The notes beneath the pieces are model-generated. The model ran no database searches and was not told where the DNA came from. It saw nothing but the letters and a program-made list of their open reading frames with translations. Positions 24,635 to 38,300 of a DNA stretch of 64,000 nucleotides are shown piece by piece. A program made the translations under genes and the position numbers. Within the stretch, counting starts at the first letter, position 1, and the number at the start of each line of letters is the position of its first letter. The stretch is from Selaginella moellendorffii (lineage: Eukaryota; Plantae; Lycopodiophyta). The stretch covers positions 742,453 to 806,452 of the forward strand of contig NW_003314270.1 of NCBI RefSeq assembly GCF_000143415.4. The letters are read 5' to 3'.

Positions 24635-25928
24635 TCTTCTTATAGAAATCGAGAAACGCTCTTTTCGAGATCAACTAACTTGAATCGCTCTCAAGAACTC
24701 TACTTGCAGGATATGGATGAATAAATCTCTCGCAAATTACGGTAAGACAACTATTCCCCGTGGAACATGAAGGGAAGTTGCGTTGGGAGACAAAACTTTG
24801 TGGAGACTTCCTCTCATGAAAAAACGCAACTTTGCACCACGCACACGTGGACAACACACGAATCCACGTGGTGGATGTTCATTGGGCTGAATCTAGATGC
24901 CTACAATATTCCATCTTGGAATGTCCATTATATACACCATATGCCATTGGCAGGATAGTAATTCTGGTATTCTCTTGTGCGAGAAACTTTTCTAATGGAT
25001 ATCCGATTTTTTCGACGCGGTGGATTCAAAAAATAATTAAGTTAGACCATGCTCTAATTTAGTATTTTAGTAAAAATTATACAAATACTCGATGCTTGTG
25101 CGCGGTATAATTCCATCGAGGTGGAGCAATCATGCAGTCATGCCCGTCCCAACGCTTGTTGTATGACAGTCGGCACGATTTATAAAAAAATTTAGAGTTG
25201 TGTGAACCTTCCCTTCACTTGTTTTTCACTCAATAGCGTTTAAGTTGAGACAAACTTCCAAACTTTCAACCTCAAATCCTCTCTTTTTGACCAACTTTCT
25301 CGAACTGTACGAGTTTTAAGTTTTAACATCTCACAGCCCCATGTGAAGTCACAGGAAACGTTCTTGACACTTTCTGCCGCAAGTCTGCCCAGCTAAAGTG
25401 ATCAAATTAGTATGTAATTAACAAACAACCGACCTTAAGTGGATCATGATCATAGCAAATTAGTATATAAAGCATTCTTTTCCAGTGACCATACCAACCA
25501 TGAATATTAAAATCAAGAACAAATGAAGGTCATTAGCATCCAAACAATTTGGAAGTCCCAATCACAAACAACAAAAGAATCAAGCTGTGCCGTCAAGCTA
25601 TAGACATCGCCTAAGCTCCACTCAAAGTTTATATAACGCCGTCCAGATTCCACTGCCCCGATTTGTCCCGTTCTTTATGCAACTACCTCTGAAAGTATAT
25701 AGTTCCAATGATGAAGAAAACCGTCCATGATAAAACATATTTTATCATCCTTAGCTTACAATTTTAAACGTATACTTTGAAAGATGCTTACAATTAGCAG
25801 GATTCTATTGACCGTCTGAATTTGGAATTTGGACTACTGTATGTACACAGAAGTGCTAAACCTGTGATCAAGAAGTTATTTCTCAGAGGAAAACTTGCAA
25901 ATGCTAAAAATTGCAAGAATATTCTCCA

Positions 25929-26311
25929 TCAACCTTGCACAGGCTTGGGGCAAGAGCAAGTCTTAGCTGCATGTCCGGCCGCACTTGCAACAAGGCTCGC
26001 CTGAGGCCGTTTTCTTGGCACAGGTGCATGTCTCACATTTGCAGTTTGCACCGCATGCGCAGAAAATTCCGTCGTGGCCACTACCACAGGATCAAAAAAG
26101 TTGCCAACCCTTAAATTGAGAAGAATAGTAGAAGCTTACTTTCGTCCAGCAGCTCTGAATATCCGGAGTTGTCGATCAATCAGAAGTTACAGAAACACAA
26201 ACCATGCGTTTATCACTTACTTGCAATTAGCTCCAGATGGGCATGGACTCCCGCAAGCACACCCGCAGTGCAGCCGCAGGTAGCAGAAGCAACAGCAGCA
26301 GTGGTGGCCAT
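25929..26311 (-). pseudogene. Type-4 (Ec-like) metallothionein, copy 1, disabled
   Basis: Same 3-exon layout as copies 2 and 3. A 1-bp deletion in exon 1 (acccgc vs accccgc) shifts the frame, and a 2-bp loss in exon 3 gives TGC AGC TAA. Confidence 0.85.
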
Positions 26312-28092
26312 TTCTCGATCAAGTGAAGATGAGACACAGTGATTCATTCCTTCATTCAATAGCTGTTTACATAGTCTAGTAGTACCCACTAAGAAACATG
26401 AGACCAATAGATTACAGTAAATTGTTTTGATAATCTTACATTTGCAAAACTCTTCTAAGTCTTCTGCCACCAAGCCTTTTGTCCCCGCCCTAGGCTTCAT
26501 CAATCTGCCTGCCGCACCTTCTGACGCATCTTGGGAGACACGCCCAAAGCTGCCCGTTTATAGAATGGCTGCATTATGCACAAGTTTACCAGATTATTAC
26601 TAGATGCAATGTACAAAAGGGATATTAGGGTATATGTGACCTTTTAGTCCCTAGCATAAACCTTTGTCCTATTTAAATGCTCATAAGGTTTAGATTCTAT
26701 TCATTTCAAACTTTTCGGCTATCAATTCTTGAGCTTCAGCCGGGAGTTTTGAGAGCTGCTCGGGGTATGGATGGACTACCACAACAACGAATGTGCTCTT
26801 GCCATTATCATCGAGACAACTTTAAAATCCGAGACTGGGATGGATGAAGACACCTTGCAAATGCTGTGCTCCTTAAGGATTGGCTGGCAAGCGTGTTTAA
26901 CAAGGTTGAGGAGGTGAGATTTAATATCCACCGACTTGATCAACACCCAAAGGAGCATCCTTACATTTGGGAAGATGTTAGCAAATTGCTATTTCTAGGA
27001 ATGGAGCCTGAAATCTTCCAATACTTACACGAATTGGATATTCAACACGAAGATGAGTTGTGGATGCCAACTCATCTTCGAAGGGATGGGAGGAGTCGAT
27101 TCCATATCCAGGCCCAAAGCAATGTCCAGGTAGACTGCCCAGTGGCCGACCATATAAGCAACAGAGAATGGAAGTGAAAATACTTTGGAAAGAATAACCA
27201 AAGATAGATAGATAGATAAATAGATAATTGTGTTTATAGTTGCCGTTAACCTGTGAGAGCATGGGACTTTTGAGTAGGAGGGCAGGAGAGCAGGGAGTCG
27301 GGCATTCAAGCATTTGCTATATGTTTCAGTCTGGGAAGTGGGGGCATGTTGCTTTGATGAGCAGTGCCCTCCAGTCTTCAATGACATAGATAAAGAGCAG
27401 TCATTGCTGCCATGGTCGTGTTTCCCATGAATGCTAGAGGTCTTGGGCATGGAAGTCTAGTGTGGGAAAGAAGAGCCATAGCCGCATGTAGGCAGGGTAG
27501 TCATATATGGCATCTCTAGGCGTGAGCGGCTTCTGTCTTCCGCCTAGTTCAACGTGAAGTGAGTGCATGCTTGTTCGGTATGTTGCAAGGATGCGCCTGG
27601 TGGTGTAGCCTGTGGCGTTGTGGATGCTGGGCCAATGATTCTCCCAGGGTTGATGTCGTGGAGATAGTCCTGGAAGCAGTTGGTAACCAAAAGTGTTGGT
27701 TTATGGATTGCTGGAATAAAAATACTTGGTTCGAAATGTTACGCAATTGATTAGAATATACTTAAAAGAATGGAATGTAATGACATAATGCTGCTTTTCT
27801 TTGCTTTTCTTCATGGAGATTTCTAAAGATTTTCTATAAAAGCCACAAAACGTAAGAAATAAAAAGGACAATCAAAACGCTGAGCATTCCGGACCAGCTT
27901 CTTTGCCGTTTGTTCGCCCAGCATGCGCGAGGAAGTCCTGTAGAAGGAGAGAGAAAAGGTCTTAGAAAAGAAGAAGTCTCTTTTTTCAGATCGAGAAGAA
28001 AGCAGCCTGACCACAGCTGTGATAATCTCAAAGCAAAACTTTATAATTATTATTGATCTAAAAATTGCATAAAGATCTCTCTTTCAAGTCCA

Positions 28093-28501
28093 TCAACCTT
28101 GCACTGGCTTGGGGCAAGAGCAAGTCTCGCAGCTGCATGTCCGGCCGCACTTGCAGAAGGGCTCGCCTGAGGCCGTTATCTTGGCACAGGTGCACGTCTC
28201 ACACTTGCAGTTTTCACCACATTCGCAGAAAACTCCGTCGTGGCCACTATCACAGGATCAAAAGAGTTGCCGAATCAGCATTTAATTGAAAGGAAAACAC
28301 AAAGCTTACCTTCGTCCAGCAGCACCCGTTGCTGCACATCTGTGATCCAAGGATTTGTCAATCAATCAAAAGCTATAAAAACACAAATGATATCGCTTAC
28401 TTGCAATTATCTCCGCATGGGCATGGATTCCCACAAGCACACCCCGCAGTGCAGCCGCAGGTGGGCGTGATAGCAGCAGCGCCAGCAGCAGCGGTGGCCA
28501 T
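28093..28501 (-). CDS. Type-4 (Ec-like) metallothionein, copy 2, 94 aa, 20 Cys
   Basis: Three GT-AG exons give MATAAAGAAAITPTCGCTAGCACGNPCPCGDNCKCAATGAAGRSGHDGVFCECGENCKCETCTCAKITASGEPFCKCGRTCSCETCSCPKPVQG*. TATA at ~28591-28597 and CATGCA at 28606-28611. Confidence 0.88.
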
Positions 28502-29779
28502 TGCAAAACAAAAAGTGAAGAAAAGAGGACGAAAAAACACTCTATTAGAACAGTGAGGAACTTGATTGAGAAATGCCCACAGTTGCCCACTTTTATAGAA
28601 TGGGTCATGCATTATGCAAGGGCAGGCACGAGTTCACCACCAATTGTTACTGCTGGTAAAAGAAATGCCATTATATTATGTTTTGTATGAGATAAGAAAT
28701 CTAATGAAAGGATAGACAATTGCAGATTTGGAATTGTCCATCTACGCATAAGACCAACGATTTGTACCTTGTCAACCTTCCACTCATTATCTCTCCGGAG
28801 CATCCGTTCCCGAGCATGATCGCAAACCAGGACAGAGAGGAGAGCCATTCGTTTGAGTGCACGTTGCAAGGAAGTTCGTTAGATAGTCGTAATAAGGATC
28901 TGTGCAAGACCTGGACAAGCCACCACAGTCTACAAGTTCGATTGTCTCTATAGAAGCGACTGAAGAGAAGGAGGAAAAGAGAAGGAAGTAGTACCCCATG
29001 GTTTGACATGACGGCTCACAAGAGCCTAAGTTATAAACAAAGCGGACCGTGAAAATCTCGTCATTGGACTGTGCACTTGCCTTTGAATGTGATGAGTTTC
29101 CAAGTACGATGCAGAAGAAAAACAATCGAGGCTAGCTTCTTGGCCTGTTCTCTGTGCTTGGAAACAATGCTGCCTGTTACAGAAAAAAATTCTCGCTCAG
29201 CTTTGTCCTGCCTCGCACTGAAGGATCAAAACCACTGTTCCACGGGAAGTTTTTCAAAGCAACGGACGAGTAAGTAAGTAAGACGTGGGCTTTGCTGCTG
29301 TTCCCTGTGTTGTATGAAGACCGTTCGTAATCCTTCGTAGCCTGGCAGCTGTGAAACGAAATGCGCAAATGTACTCATGATTCTGCAAAGTCGAGATTTT
29401 CCACTGGATCTTCGTCAATGCCTGCCACTTCTATTCCCGAGATCTCCAGCGAAGCTGGGTTGAGTACCTCGATGTTTACCAGGGCGTTGATACGAGCACC
29501 AGGGCGTTGATATGATTTGATAGGTCCAAGCTATCAATCCCAGCGCTCTTGACAATTAAACAGGTGATCTCACGAAGCAGCGTTTTACTGGGAGATTGCT
29601 CCAGCAGAATCCGACTTCCGCTAAAACCTCTTCTTTTGCAATCTCGCGGGCTCTGGTGGACGGAAAAGGAAGCTCGGAGTGGTTCTAAAGAGGTGCGACG
29701 GTGGCTACCAGCGCTCCAGTGGTCTCCTTCGCCAAGGATGGTGTTCCATGCAGCCCTGTGATCTCACGCCCTGGTAAAA

Positions 29780-30340
29780 ACACCCTGGTAAAAATCTCTC
29801 TTTTTCTCCATCGTTCCTGTAGAGAAGCTATTGTTTCGTATTTGGCAGGCATTCCTTCTGGCCGGAGGAAAGCAGGACGAGCCAGAGAGGATTTGGTTTT
29901 GGAGCTGTGATCCATGGCTTTAGCTCGGGAGTTCCTTCACGAGCCTGGGAGATAGACAAGAGCAGCGTTCGAGATGTCTTGGAGAGATAAAGTGGTGTTG
30001 GCATTGTCGAAGTGGATATAACTTTCCCAGATGCCACCAATGCTTTCGATCGAAACTTCATCTATCACTTCCGCTAGATCCATAGCTTCCTAATCTATTA
30101 ACCCTGGGACTTGGAATGGACTGCGTCCAGCTCAACAACTCTTTTTCTTTCAAATTCTTCTGTGAACTAATTGTTTCTTCCAAGAAGATATGATCGCTCC
30201 AAATTGGTTCCATGGTGGACGAGGGAGAAAAGATCGAGGCCGTGGATGAGAGTTATCGACAAACAAGTGGAACAAGGCTCGCTAGTTGTTATTTCAGCTT
30301 TCTATCCTTCTACTAAAGCTTCCATTCTCCAAAACGAATC
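29780..30340 (+). pseudogene. 5'-truncated 11S legumin-like cupin fragment (copy A)
   Basis: Closely similar, in the opposite orientation, to ~42330-42930 (FLLAGGK...IHGFSSGV..RAWE, MIAPNWFHG, EQGSLVVI.AFYP), with stops and deletions. Confidence 0.8.
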
Positions 30341-31138
30341 TTATCATCTCTTTTATTTATTTTCCCTATGATATCTTATTTGGCAGGGAGAAATTCTACA
30401 TTCCTCTACAATGTTCTCTTAATGGTTGCAAGGGTATGATAGTTTCAAAATTAAAATTTAAACTTAATAGTATAAAAATGGCAGTTTTAGGGCAACATAA
30501 GAAGTGAAATTAAATTCTCTAAATTTTTCTAATTCAAAATTAGTATATAATGAATTAAATTATATGCTATAATAATATATATTATTTAAAATACACACAC
30601 AGCAAATTATTTATACTTCATTAAAGTCTTGTCACTTCGTTCCATTTTTCATTGGATTTCTTCTCCAGAGATTCTCGGTTATCTTAGAGCAGGGAAGAAA
30701 TTCTTGGATCATTCTGAAAACACATTTTCTCCTTGTATATCATATTACACTAAACCAAAGCTCTTAGCAATTAATATAATAAATCTAAACCTTATCCTCA
30801 ACGTGAAACTTGTGTTATTTGGCATTTTGCGCCAATAATTTGTACATTCTCTCCCTGTGCAAAGCCACACAATATGTGAACAGAAATGCGCTCTGTAGAT
30901 GTCACAGTGTAGACATTGCAGCTCACGGGGCTATAAAGCCCAGCTTGTTTCCTCATTGTTTTCGTGCAAATCTTCACAGCGAGGCGAGGTGAGGCGGTCA
31001 AGTTGGAGCTCTGAAAGTCCTCTTCTCTCACCTGGGCGATCAAGAGCTGGTTGCATTCTCAAACTTTGGTTCAACCAACAAGAGGGTAAGGATACCTTGG
31101 AATGTTGAGAATTGCTCACATCGTCTCTGCAGAGCGTA

Positions 31139-32365
31139 ATGGACAACGGCAACAGCATCGTCCCCATTGTGGGTATCCAGAAGAAAGTCTCTGAGTACGC
31201 TCTGCCTGCAACCGTTCAAACGCACGAGGTCGTCCCCATTGGAGACGAGCTGCTGCTCATCACCCAGCAGGAGTGCAATGGGATCATCAAAGTCACGCTG
31301 GATCCAGCAACCGGCAGCCCGACATTTGCTTCCAAATTCACCCTGGACGGATCCACATACCAAGGAGCTCATGGCCTCCGCGATTCCAAAGCTTACCCGG
31401 GCTATGCCTGGGTGACGCTCCAGTTCGACAACAGCTTACTTCTCATTGATCCCATTGCGACTCAACAGAATATGCCCCCACGGGTGGAGAAGAGGTTTCG
31501 GCTTCCAAAGCCTCTCCGAGGCCCCCACGTCGTCATAGAGGACGGCTCCGACTACCTGTGGGTGACGTGTAAGGACAGCTGCCACGTGGCGAAGGTGAAT
31601 CACCGGGAGTTTGCTGTCGTGGCATACTACCCCTGCAGCCGCCGCCCCATCTTTGTGGCGCCGACACACGAGTACGTGTACGCCAGCATGGACGAGAGTA
31701 GCAGAATATTCTGCCTACAGAGGAATGGTGAAGCCACATCCGAGATTGAGATTCCGGCCGGGAAGGGAAGCACCCCTGTTGGGCTCATCACTGGCCCCGA
31801 TGGAAATGCCTGGTTCGTCCTGCTTGGGAATTTGAAAGGGGGAACCGGTACCTTTGGAAGGATTAGCATCAACAAGGTGACGAACGAGCCATGGATCACC
31901 TGGTTCCATCTCACCACCGCGACTACTGCCGGACTTCTCCATCTCGCTTTCGACAACGGTGTCTACCATCGCAGCCAGGGCAAGAATCTCAAGATCTGGC
32001 TGCTGGGATCTTCAATCGGCTCCCCCGCGAATATCAATGCGGTGTTCACTGTTCACCTGCAGCCAGATCCTAAGAATCCAGAGCAGCTCCACCTCGAAAA
32101 GGAGGAGGTGATCGTGCTGCCTACGCAGTCCTCGATGGCGCACCGCGTGCTGAAGCACAGATCGGGGCTGTTCGTGACGGAGCTGAGCGCCTCTGTTCTT
32201 GCGCACATCAGTGGGACTGCGGTCTGGGGCCCTGACAGAGACGATCAAGCCGCCGACGCATATGCTCTGTGGGGACTGGGCGCGCTCAGCAATCGCGTTC
32301 ACTACCCAAGCTTGCCACTAGCGGTCGCGGAGCCCACACTGAAGCGCAAGAAGATCTTGGAATAG
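31139..32365 (+). CDS. Intronless 408-aa virginiamycin B lyase (Vgb)/NHL-like beta-propeller protein of microbial appearance
   Basis: Repeated blade motifs, including STPVGLITGPDGNAWFV and GTFGRI typical of Vgb-like propellers. TATAAA at 30932 and a 47-nt GTAAG..CTGCAG 5'UTR intron candidate at 31086-31132. Confidence 0.7.
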   Translation: MDNGNSIVPIVGIQKKVSEYALPATVQTHEVVPIGDELLLITQQECNGIIKVTLDPATGSPTFASKFTLDGSTYQGAHGLRDSKAYPGYAWVTLQFDNSLLLIDPIATQQNMPPRVEKRFRLPKPLRGPHVVIEDGSDYLWVTCKDSCHVAKVNHREFAVVAYYPCSRRPIFVAPTHEYVYASMDESSRIFCLQRNGEATSEIEIPAGKGSTPVGLITGPDGNAWFVLLGNLKGGTGTFGRISINKVTNEPWITWFHLTTATTAGLLHLAFDNGVYHRSQGKNLKIWLLGSSIGSPANINAVFTVHLQPDPKNPEQLHLEKEEVIVLPTQSSMAHRVLKHRSGLFVTELSASVLAHISGTAVWGPDRDDQAADAYALWGLGALSNRVHYPSLPLAVAEPTLKRKKILE

Positions 32366-32399
32366 TTTTGGTGTTTTAAAAATAATTTGCTAAGTGTTG

Positions 32400-35300
32400 C
32401 AAGTAATGTTAAAATTTTATAATTATAAACATGTTTATAATTTATAAACACAAGATTAACCTTATTGCATATCAGCCATTAGATGGTAGAATAAAGAAAG
32501 AATATTTTAAAAAATGTTTAAAAAAGTTTATAAATTATATACATGTTTATAAATTATAAATACAAGATTAATCTAAATGAATAACAACCATTAGATGGTA
32601 GAATACCCTAGATTATCCAAGCATATTTTAGGTATATTCACTACCATCTCAATTTGCTTAAGCAAACCAAAAGTATATTTAGCTTTTTAATTTGTTTGCT
32701 TCACATCTTTGTTCCTCTATGTTGCAAAGTTAAGTTTATCAAGAAGCACAGTATTAATATCAACTAAATTATATTTTAAATCTTTGTTCTTGATACTAGT
32801 GCAAAAATATCATGTATAATTGCTCAAATAAAAAAGTTCCTGGGTCTCCCTCTAAATATTTCTTTATTTTTTTAAATCTTCAACACTTGTCTATGTACCA
32901 ATTGCAATCATACCAATCCTTATTTGCTACTTGATAAAGAATAATTACATCCACTCCTATTCTCACGTTAGATTGTGTTTGCACACTTGAACTATTATCA
33001 TAGACACTAGCTTTCACCTTTGCTAGTTTGTTTCTTAAGAGAAATGGATTTCCATTAAATGGGATATTATGGTGTATAGTATAGTGAGGAAAAAGTCATT
33101 GATTCAAACACTTCTATATTTTTGGAGCATGAAATATCAAAGAGAATTCAATAATTAACACCAATATTTTATCTTGTGTTACTCCATTTTCTATTGTTTC
33201 ATTTGGGGCAAGAGTTTTTGCTTCAATTATAAACTTTGCTTCAGTTTATAGCAGATCATCTTCATTACCAACAATTACCTATAGAGTCTTTGTAAAATTG
33301 CCCTATAAAAGTCTTCAAATTCCTATGGAGCTTCCCACAATGTTATGACTCTAATAGATTGAAGCATTTACTATGCTTCTATAAAAACTTATTTTTAAAA
33401 TTAGAACTAATTGCTCATTTATTTCTATTCCTAAGAAGTCAACTAGATCACTTATGCTCTACTATTTATATGCTCAAACTATAACTAAATTTTTTCCTAT
33501 TTCTTATGTGCCACAAAAAATTCTAGATTCCCCTTTGTTCTAAATTACTCTAGCTTAATTCATTAAACTTATTGTATTTAGTAGCTCTACTTTAGCATAG
33601 TTGTGCATACTTCCTACTTTGCTAAGAGAATTTCTATAATAGTTTGAACTTGTCAGCCAAAATGGTACTTTCTTTTTTACTAGCTTATCTTAAAAGATTT
33701 TAAAAGAAATTGTTGTGTAAACACCACTTTAGTTGCATATTAAAAAATGTTTCAATAAAGTTATATTTTAATTTATATTTCTTGTGCTTTTTTTGAAGTT
33801 TAGTGCAAGCTTGATCATTAAGGACTAGGTTGTAAGAACCTTTAAATGGATAAACCTATTCCTATGGTATAAAGGTCTTGCTTTCAAGTATTTGTTATGA
33901 AATATGAAAGATGTTTATCCATACTTTCTACCAAGGTCCTTTTTCTGATTGGAGGTGATTATTAGAGTAGCTTACTTGAATTCCTTGGAAGTTGTGGCAA
34001 AAACAGTATATGTGGATGAAGACTTCCACTTGGGGTGCAACTTTGATTAAGCCTGATTACCATTGAATCACTCAACTTTGAACTATCATCAAGTGTATTA
34101 GAAATTGAATACCCTTATTTCAATGGATTGACCACAAATTCCATTATTAGTGTATTAAGATATAAAGAAAAAGTTTGATTTGAAGTTGAGGGTATAAAAT
34201 TTTAAATCATTTCTACTCCTATAGTTAAGTGAGTGATTAAAGAATCTCTTGTTACAAGTAATTGTTAAAGAGATTGAAGGATTCCAAGTTTTGGAGCTTA
34301 TTGAGCTCATTAGAAACATTACTTTAAAAGGATAAATTCAAGTTTTTAGATAATGCCAATTAAATTGTTAGATAAAACATTTATAGAGGTGATAGGAAGA
34401 GAATCTAAAATTTAGATTATTCTTTTCCAATTGAGAAAATGACATAACCCTTTATTTATTGGAAAAAATTATAGCTATCCTCAAAGACGTGCCTCTAGTT
34501 GAAGTATACAATGTTGCTAAAAAGATTTACTAGCTTCCAATCTAAGATTAAAAGAAAATCTCAGTTTATGGTTATATGAAATTGTGGTCTAGATCTATAT
34601 AAACATTTTTTTACATGCTACAGACAATAGAATTTTGCCTAGATTCCTCCTTGAAACAAATAATTTACTATAATGTGTAGTTTTTTTTCTTTTAATATAT
34701 AGTCAATATTCATTAGAAAATATCAATATAAACATTTATAAATAAATATTGCAAAGGTATTATAAAATATTCATCTTCATGAGATATTGTAAATAATTGA
34801 AGAAAAAAATATGAGAGACAATTCATGAGGGTTCAAATATAGAGGAAAAGGCCCATAAACAAAAGTACACCCTTTTTTTCAATTAGTTAAAAGTCAGAAG
34901 AGTAGCGAGCTACAATTCTTAACTTTCATTTATGAAAGCGTATTATTGTATGGAAGTATAATGGATTGTAAGCAACTAAAGAAAATGACTTGAAAAATGA
35001 TTTATAATGGTTCAAATATAAAGGGAAAAAGCTTATGAATAAGTTTTTTTTTAATCAATTAAGAGTTTTAAGATACTTAGGGTTAATGGTCATTGAGTTT
35101 AACTATGGATGACTTCTTGGGAAGGTTAAATTTAAGAATTTACATTTTGTATCAAACAAGTTTTAGGTTTGACTTTGTTAGTTGGTTAAAATAATCACAC
35201 TACATCTTGATATTGATATATGGTGATCTAGCTTGCTATAGCTAAGTTAAATTTGAGGGTAGAATATCAAGAGAGTGGAGTTCTTGAGAGAGTTAGAACT

Positions 35301-38300
35301 TTTAACTTTCATCCACAAGGGTATAAATTTGCAAAGAAATATAGTGAATTGTAAATAGAAAAAAAAGCAAGTCAAAAAATTATCTATAAAGGTTCAAATA
35401 TAAAGGAAAATAATATATAAATAAGAGTGCACCTGTTTTTCTACATGAAAGGGTTTTGGTATATTGACTCTTTAGCTACAAGTAAAAGTTGGTGCCAATA
35501 TGATATAGAAACCATATTAAACAAAGTTTTTTATTTTTAACATCCTTGGGTTTGAATAGTATTGGGTTGGGTGACTTTCTAAGAAGTTCAAATTCAAAGT
35601 TTACAAATACCTATACTATATCTTTTAAATTTAAATAATCTTCAATATAACCATCATCAAATTTTCTTGACTATACTATAACTCTTAAATTTAGATAAGC
35701 TTTATTATAATCATTATCAACTTTTCTTGAAACTAAATAGATCTAATAGCATTTCCTTATAACATAATTTAAATACCATAAAAAAAAGAAAATTTAAGGT
35801 TTGCCTATGGAACACCCATTGAACAAGATAGAGGTCAATACAATAAATTACTTGACCTTAGGGGGGGATAAGTTAATTGCCATATTATATCTATAAAGCT
35901 ATGAATAAAATATTTATTTCCCATATTCCTTATTAGATGCTTAGTTAAGAGATGAGAATCTGAAGTTAATCAAAGAAAAAAAAAACTCCAAGACTACACC
36001 TTTTTTCCTATAGAAATTTATTATTTCTAGGAAATTCAACTATGATGGAATATTATAAGTTAGATCCTTGAGTTAATCCTTCTACTTCATTATTCCCTAG
36101 TTTTAGAAATTCTTTATTGCATTGAATTCATAGTGCTCACCCTTGCAATATAGAATTATAATAAACAACTAAGTGCTTGTTTTTTATAAACCATCAAAAC
36201 ATTAACTCTCTTACAGAAAAAGTCTAAAGGGCTTTTAATGGAATTTATCAAATCTAAGACTTTGGATCCTTGTGAAATATAACAAACTCCCGGATGAATC
36301 CATTGTTGATGTGTAGAATAGTCCTAATAAAAGTTTAAAAGGATCAATGAGAACAATTGAGATTTTATGTCCATGGAGAAATCGAAAGAGGAAGAGTGAT
36401 CATGAGGTCCAGTACTATTAATTCTTTACTGAAATTTTTCATTAAGTTGGATTAGTCATTAGTATTAAACTTTGATTACAAATGAATTAAAGAAAATTTT
36501 AAAAGCAAGAAATCATAACCATTAAATTAAAGAATATCCTAGGATTCTAAGTATATACTTTATACCTATAATAAAAAATTTAAACAAGTAAGAAATTAAA
36601 CTTGATTAAAAATGAATTAGAAAAGTTTAGGAGAGAAAAAGCACAGCCATAGATTTTAAGATATCCTAAAATATAATTGAATATTTTTAAGTATATTTTT
36701 ATATACCTCTTTAAAGTAAACAAATATTGTTATAAATTTAAATACACTGGGCAACTATATGATCCTAAAGGTAGGATTTGGAGGGTGGGTACAAACTTAT
36801 TGTTTATCAAGTCTTAAACTTTAAATTAGACATATGAGAATTGTTTAATTTCTCATAAATAGGTTTTGTATTACTCTTATTTCATTAATAAAAATGGAAA
36901 CTTCCTCGTTTTATTTTTTTACAAGTGTTTAGATTTTTTCTTCACACAAGTGTGATGATATAAGCTGATAAGTCTAAACTATCCATGGAAAAATTGCAAT
37001 AATTACTTTAAAAAACTATAAGTACATTCATGTAATACATCTCCTTTTTATGAGAGAGATAAGATTATAATATTATAATCAATTTGGCATGGCTCCAAGC
37101 AAAACCTTTCCAAGCAACACTTTTGAATATATTGAGAGGGCATTAATATCATTATAGGGCCATTTTCTTTTGAGAATTTACCAAGGAAAGCAGAAAGAAC
37201 TTCAAAACTTTTATGAATATATAAAAATATTTTACCTTTAAGTATGTGTATTTAAAATGCTGAAATATTGACTTCAAATATGTATATGATATACAATATG
37301 GGATAGGAGTTTATCACTTTGTATATATATATTCAAGGGTCATGAAAAGTGAATGAGTTAGTAGGAGTTAAAGCAAATAAATGTATACCAAGAGCATTAG
37401 TAATACTAATCCAATGTTATGTAGTCAACTTACAAGAGAATAAAGGTAGATGAAGTTAGAGATAATTTAAATTTTAGCCACTCTTCCTATGATTCTTTTA
37501 CATTCAACAACTTATTTTCAAATTAAATACTAAAAAAATATTTTTATACCTCAAAAGAAAATAGAGAGAGAAAAATATCTATATAAAGAAAAATCTTCTC
37601 TACAATCATTTCTACTATGAATCTTTAAGACATTGTTGTACTTTCTTCAAATAAAAATATTAAGTTATTACTTAGTTTTAATGAATTTTTTTGTGAATAT
37701 GGGTGGATTCTTGATGTTGTGGCTAGTGCAATCAATTGCCTCAATTGCAAGCAAGATTTTCTACGCTTCTTTCCATTTTCATAAAGCATGTTGTTCATAA
37801 TTGATTTTTTTTTAGACTTAAATAATTAATTATAATCACCTAAAGCAAGCATTTTGGTAGTAGAGTCTAAAGGATTAACAAGGTTTTTAATTTGTTAAGA
37901 ATAAAACCTTAATTATAAAGTTTTTCTACCAACTATCATTTATAATTAAACTATAGCTTTAGAAACTCTATTTAATCTTTTATTTCCTCTTCAAATTTAA
38001 GTTTAAAACTTCTCACTTAACTAAACTAATTCTTTATAAAAACTCTTTTATTTCTTTTACAAATTTCTTTTTCATTGTTGATAAAGTTATTTTTTAACTT
38101 ATAGTTTTAGTGCTCGTCACTCTGTAAATCGTAAGATATTTCGCTTTGCCGATCCTCCACACTTTGTCTAGATGCTTATCTTGATGCCCGATTATGCTGC
38201 ATGTGAGGACAATAAGAAGGCCAAGTTTACTGGACAGTATATATTGTGCTTGTTTCTTTTAATATTTTATTTACTTCTTGTTTTGGATTTTCCTAATCAA

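Noticed and set aside
25080-25125. Possible Helitron 3' end (also CTAG at ~54407-54410)
   Set aside because: No convincing hairpin plus CTRR combination and no matching 5' TC end.
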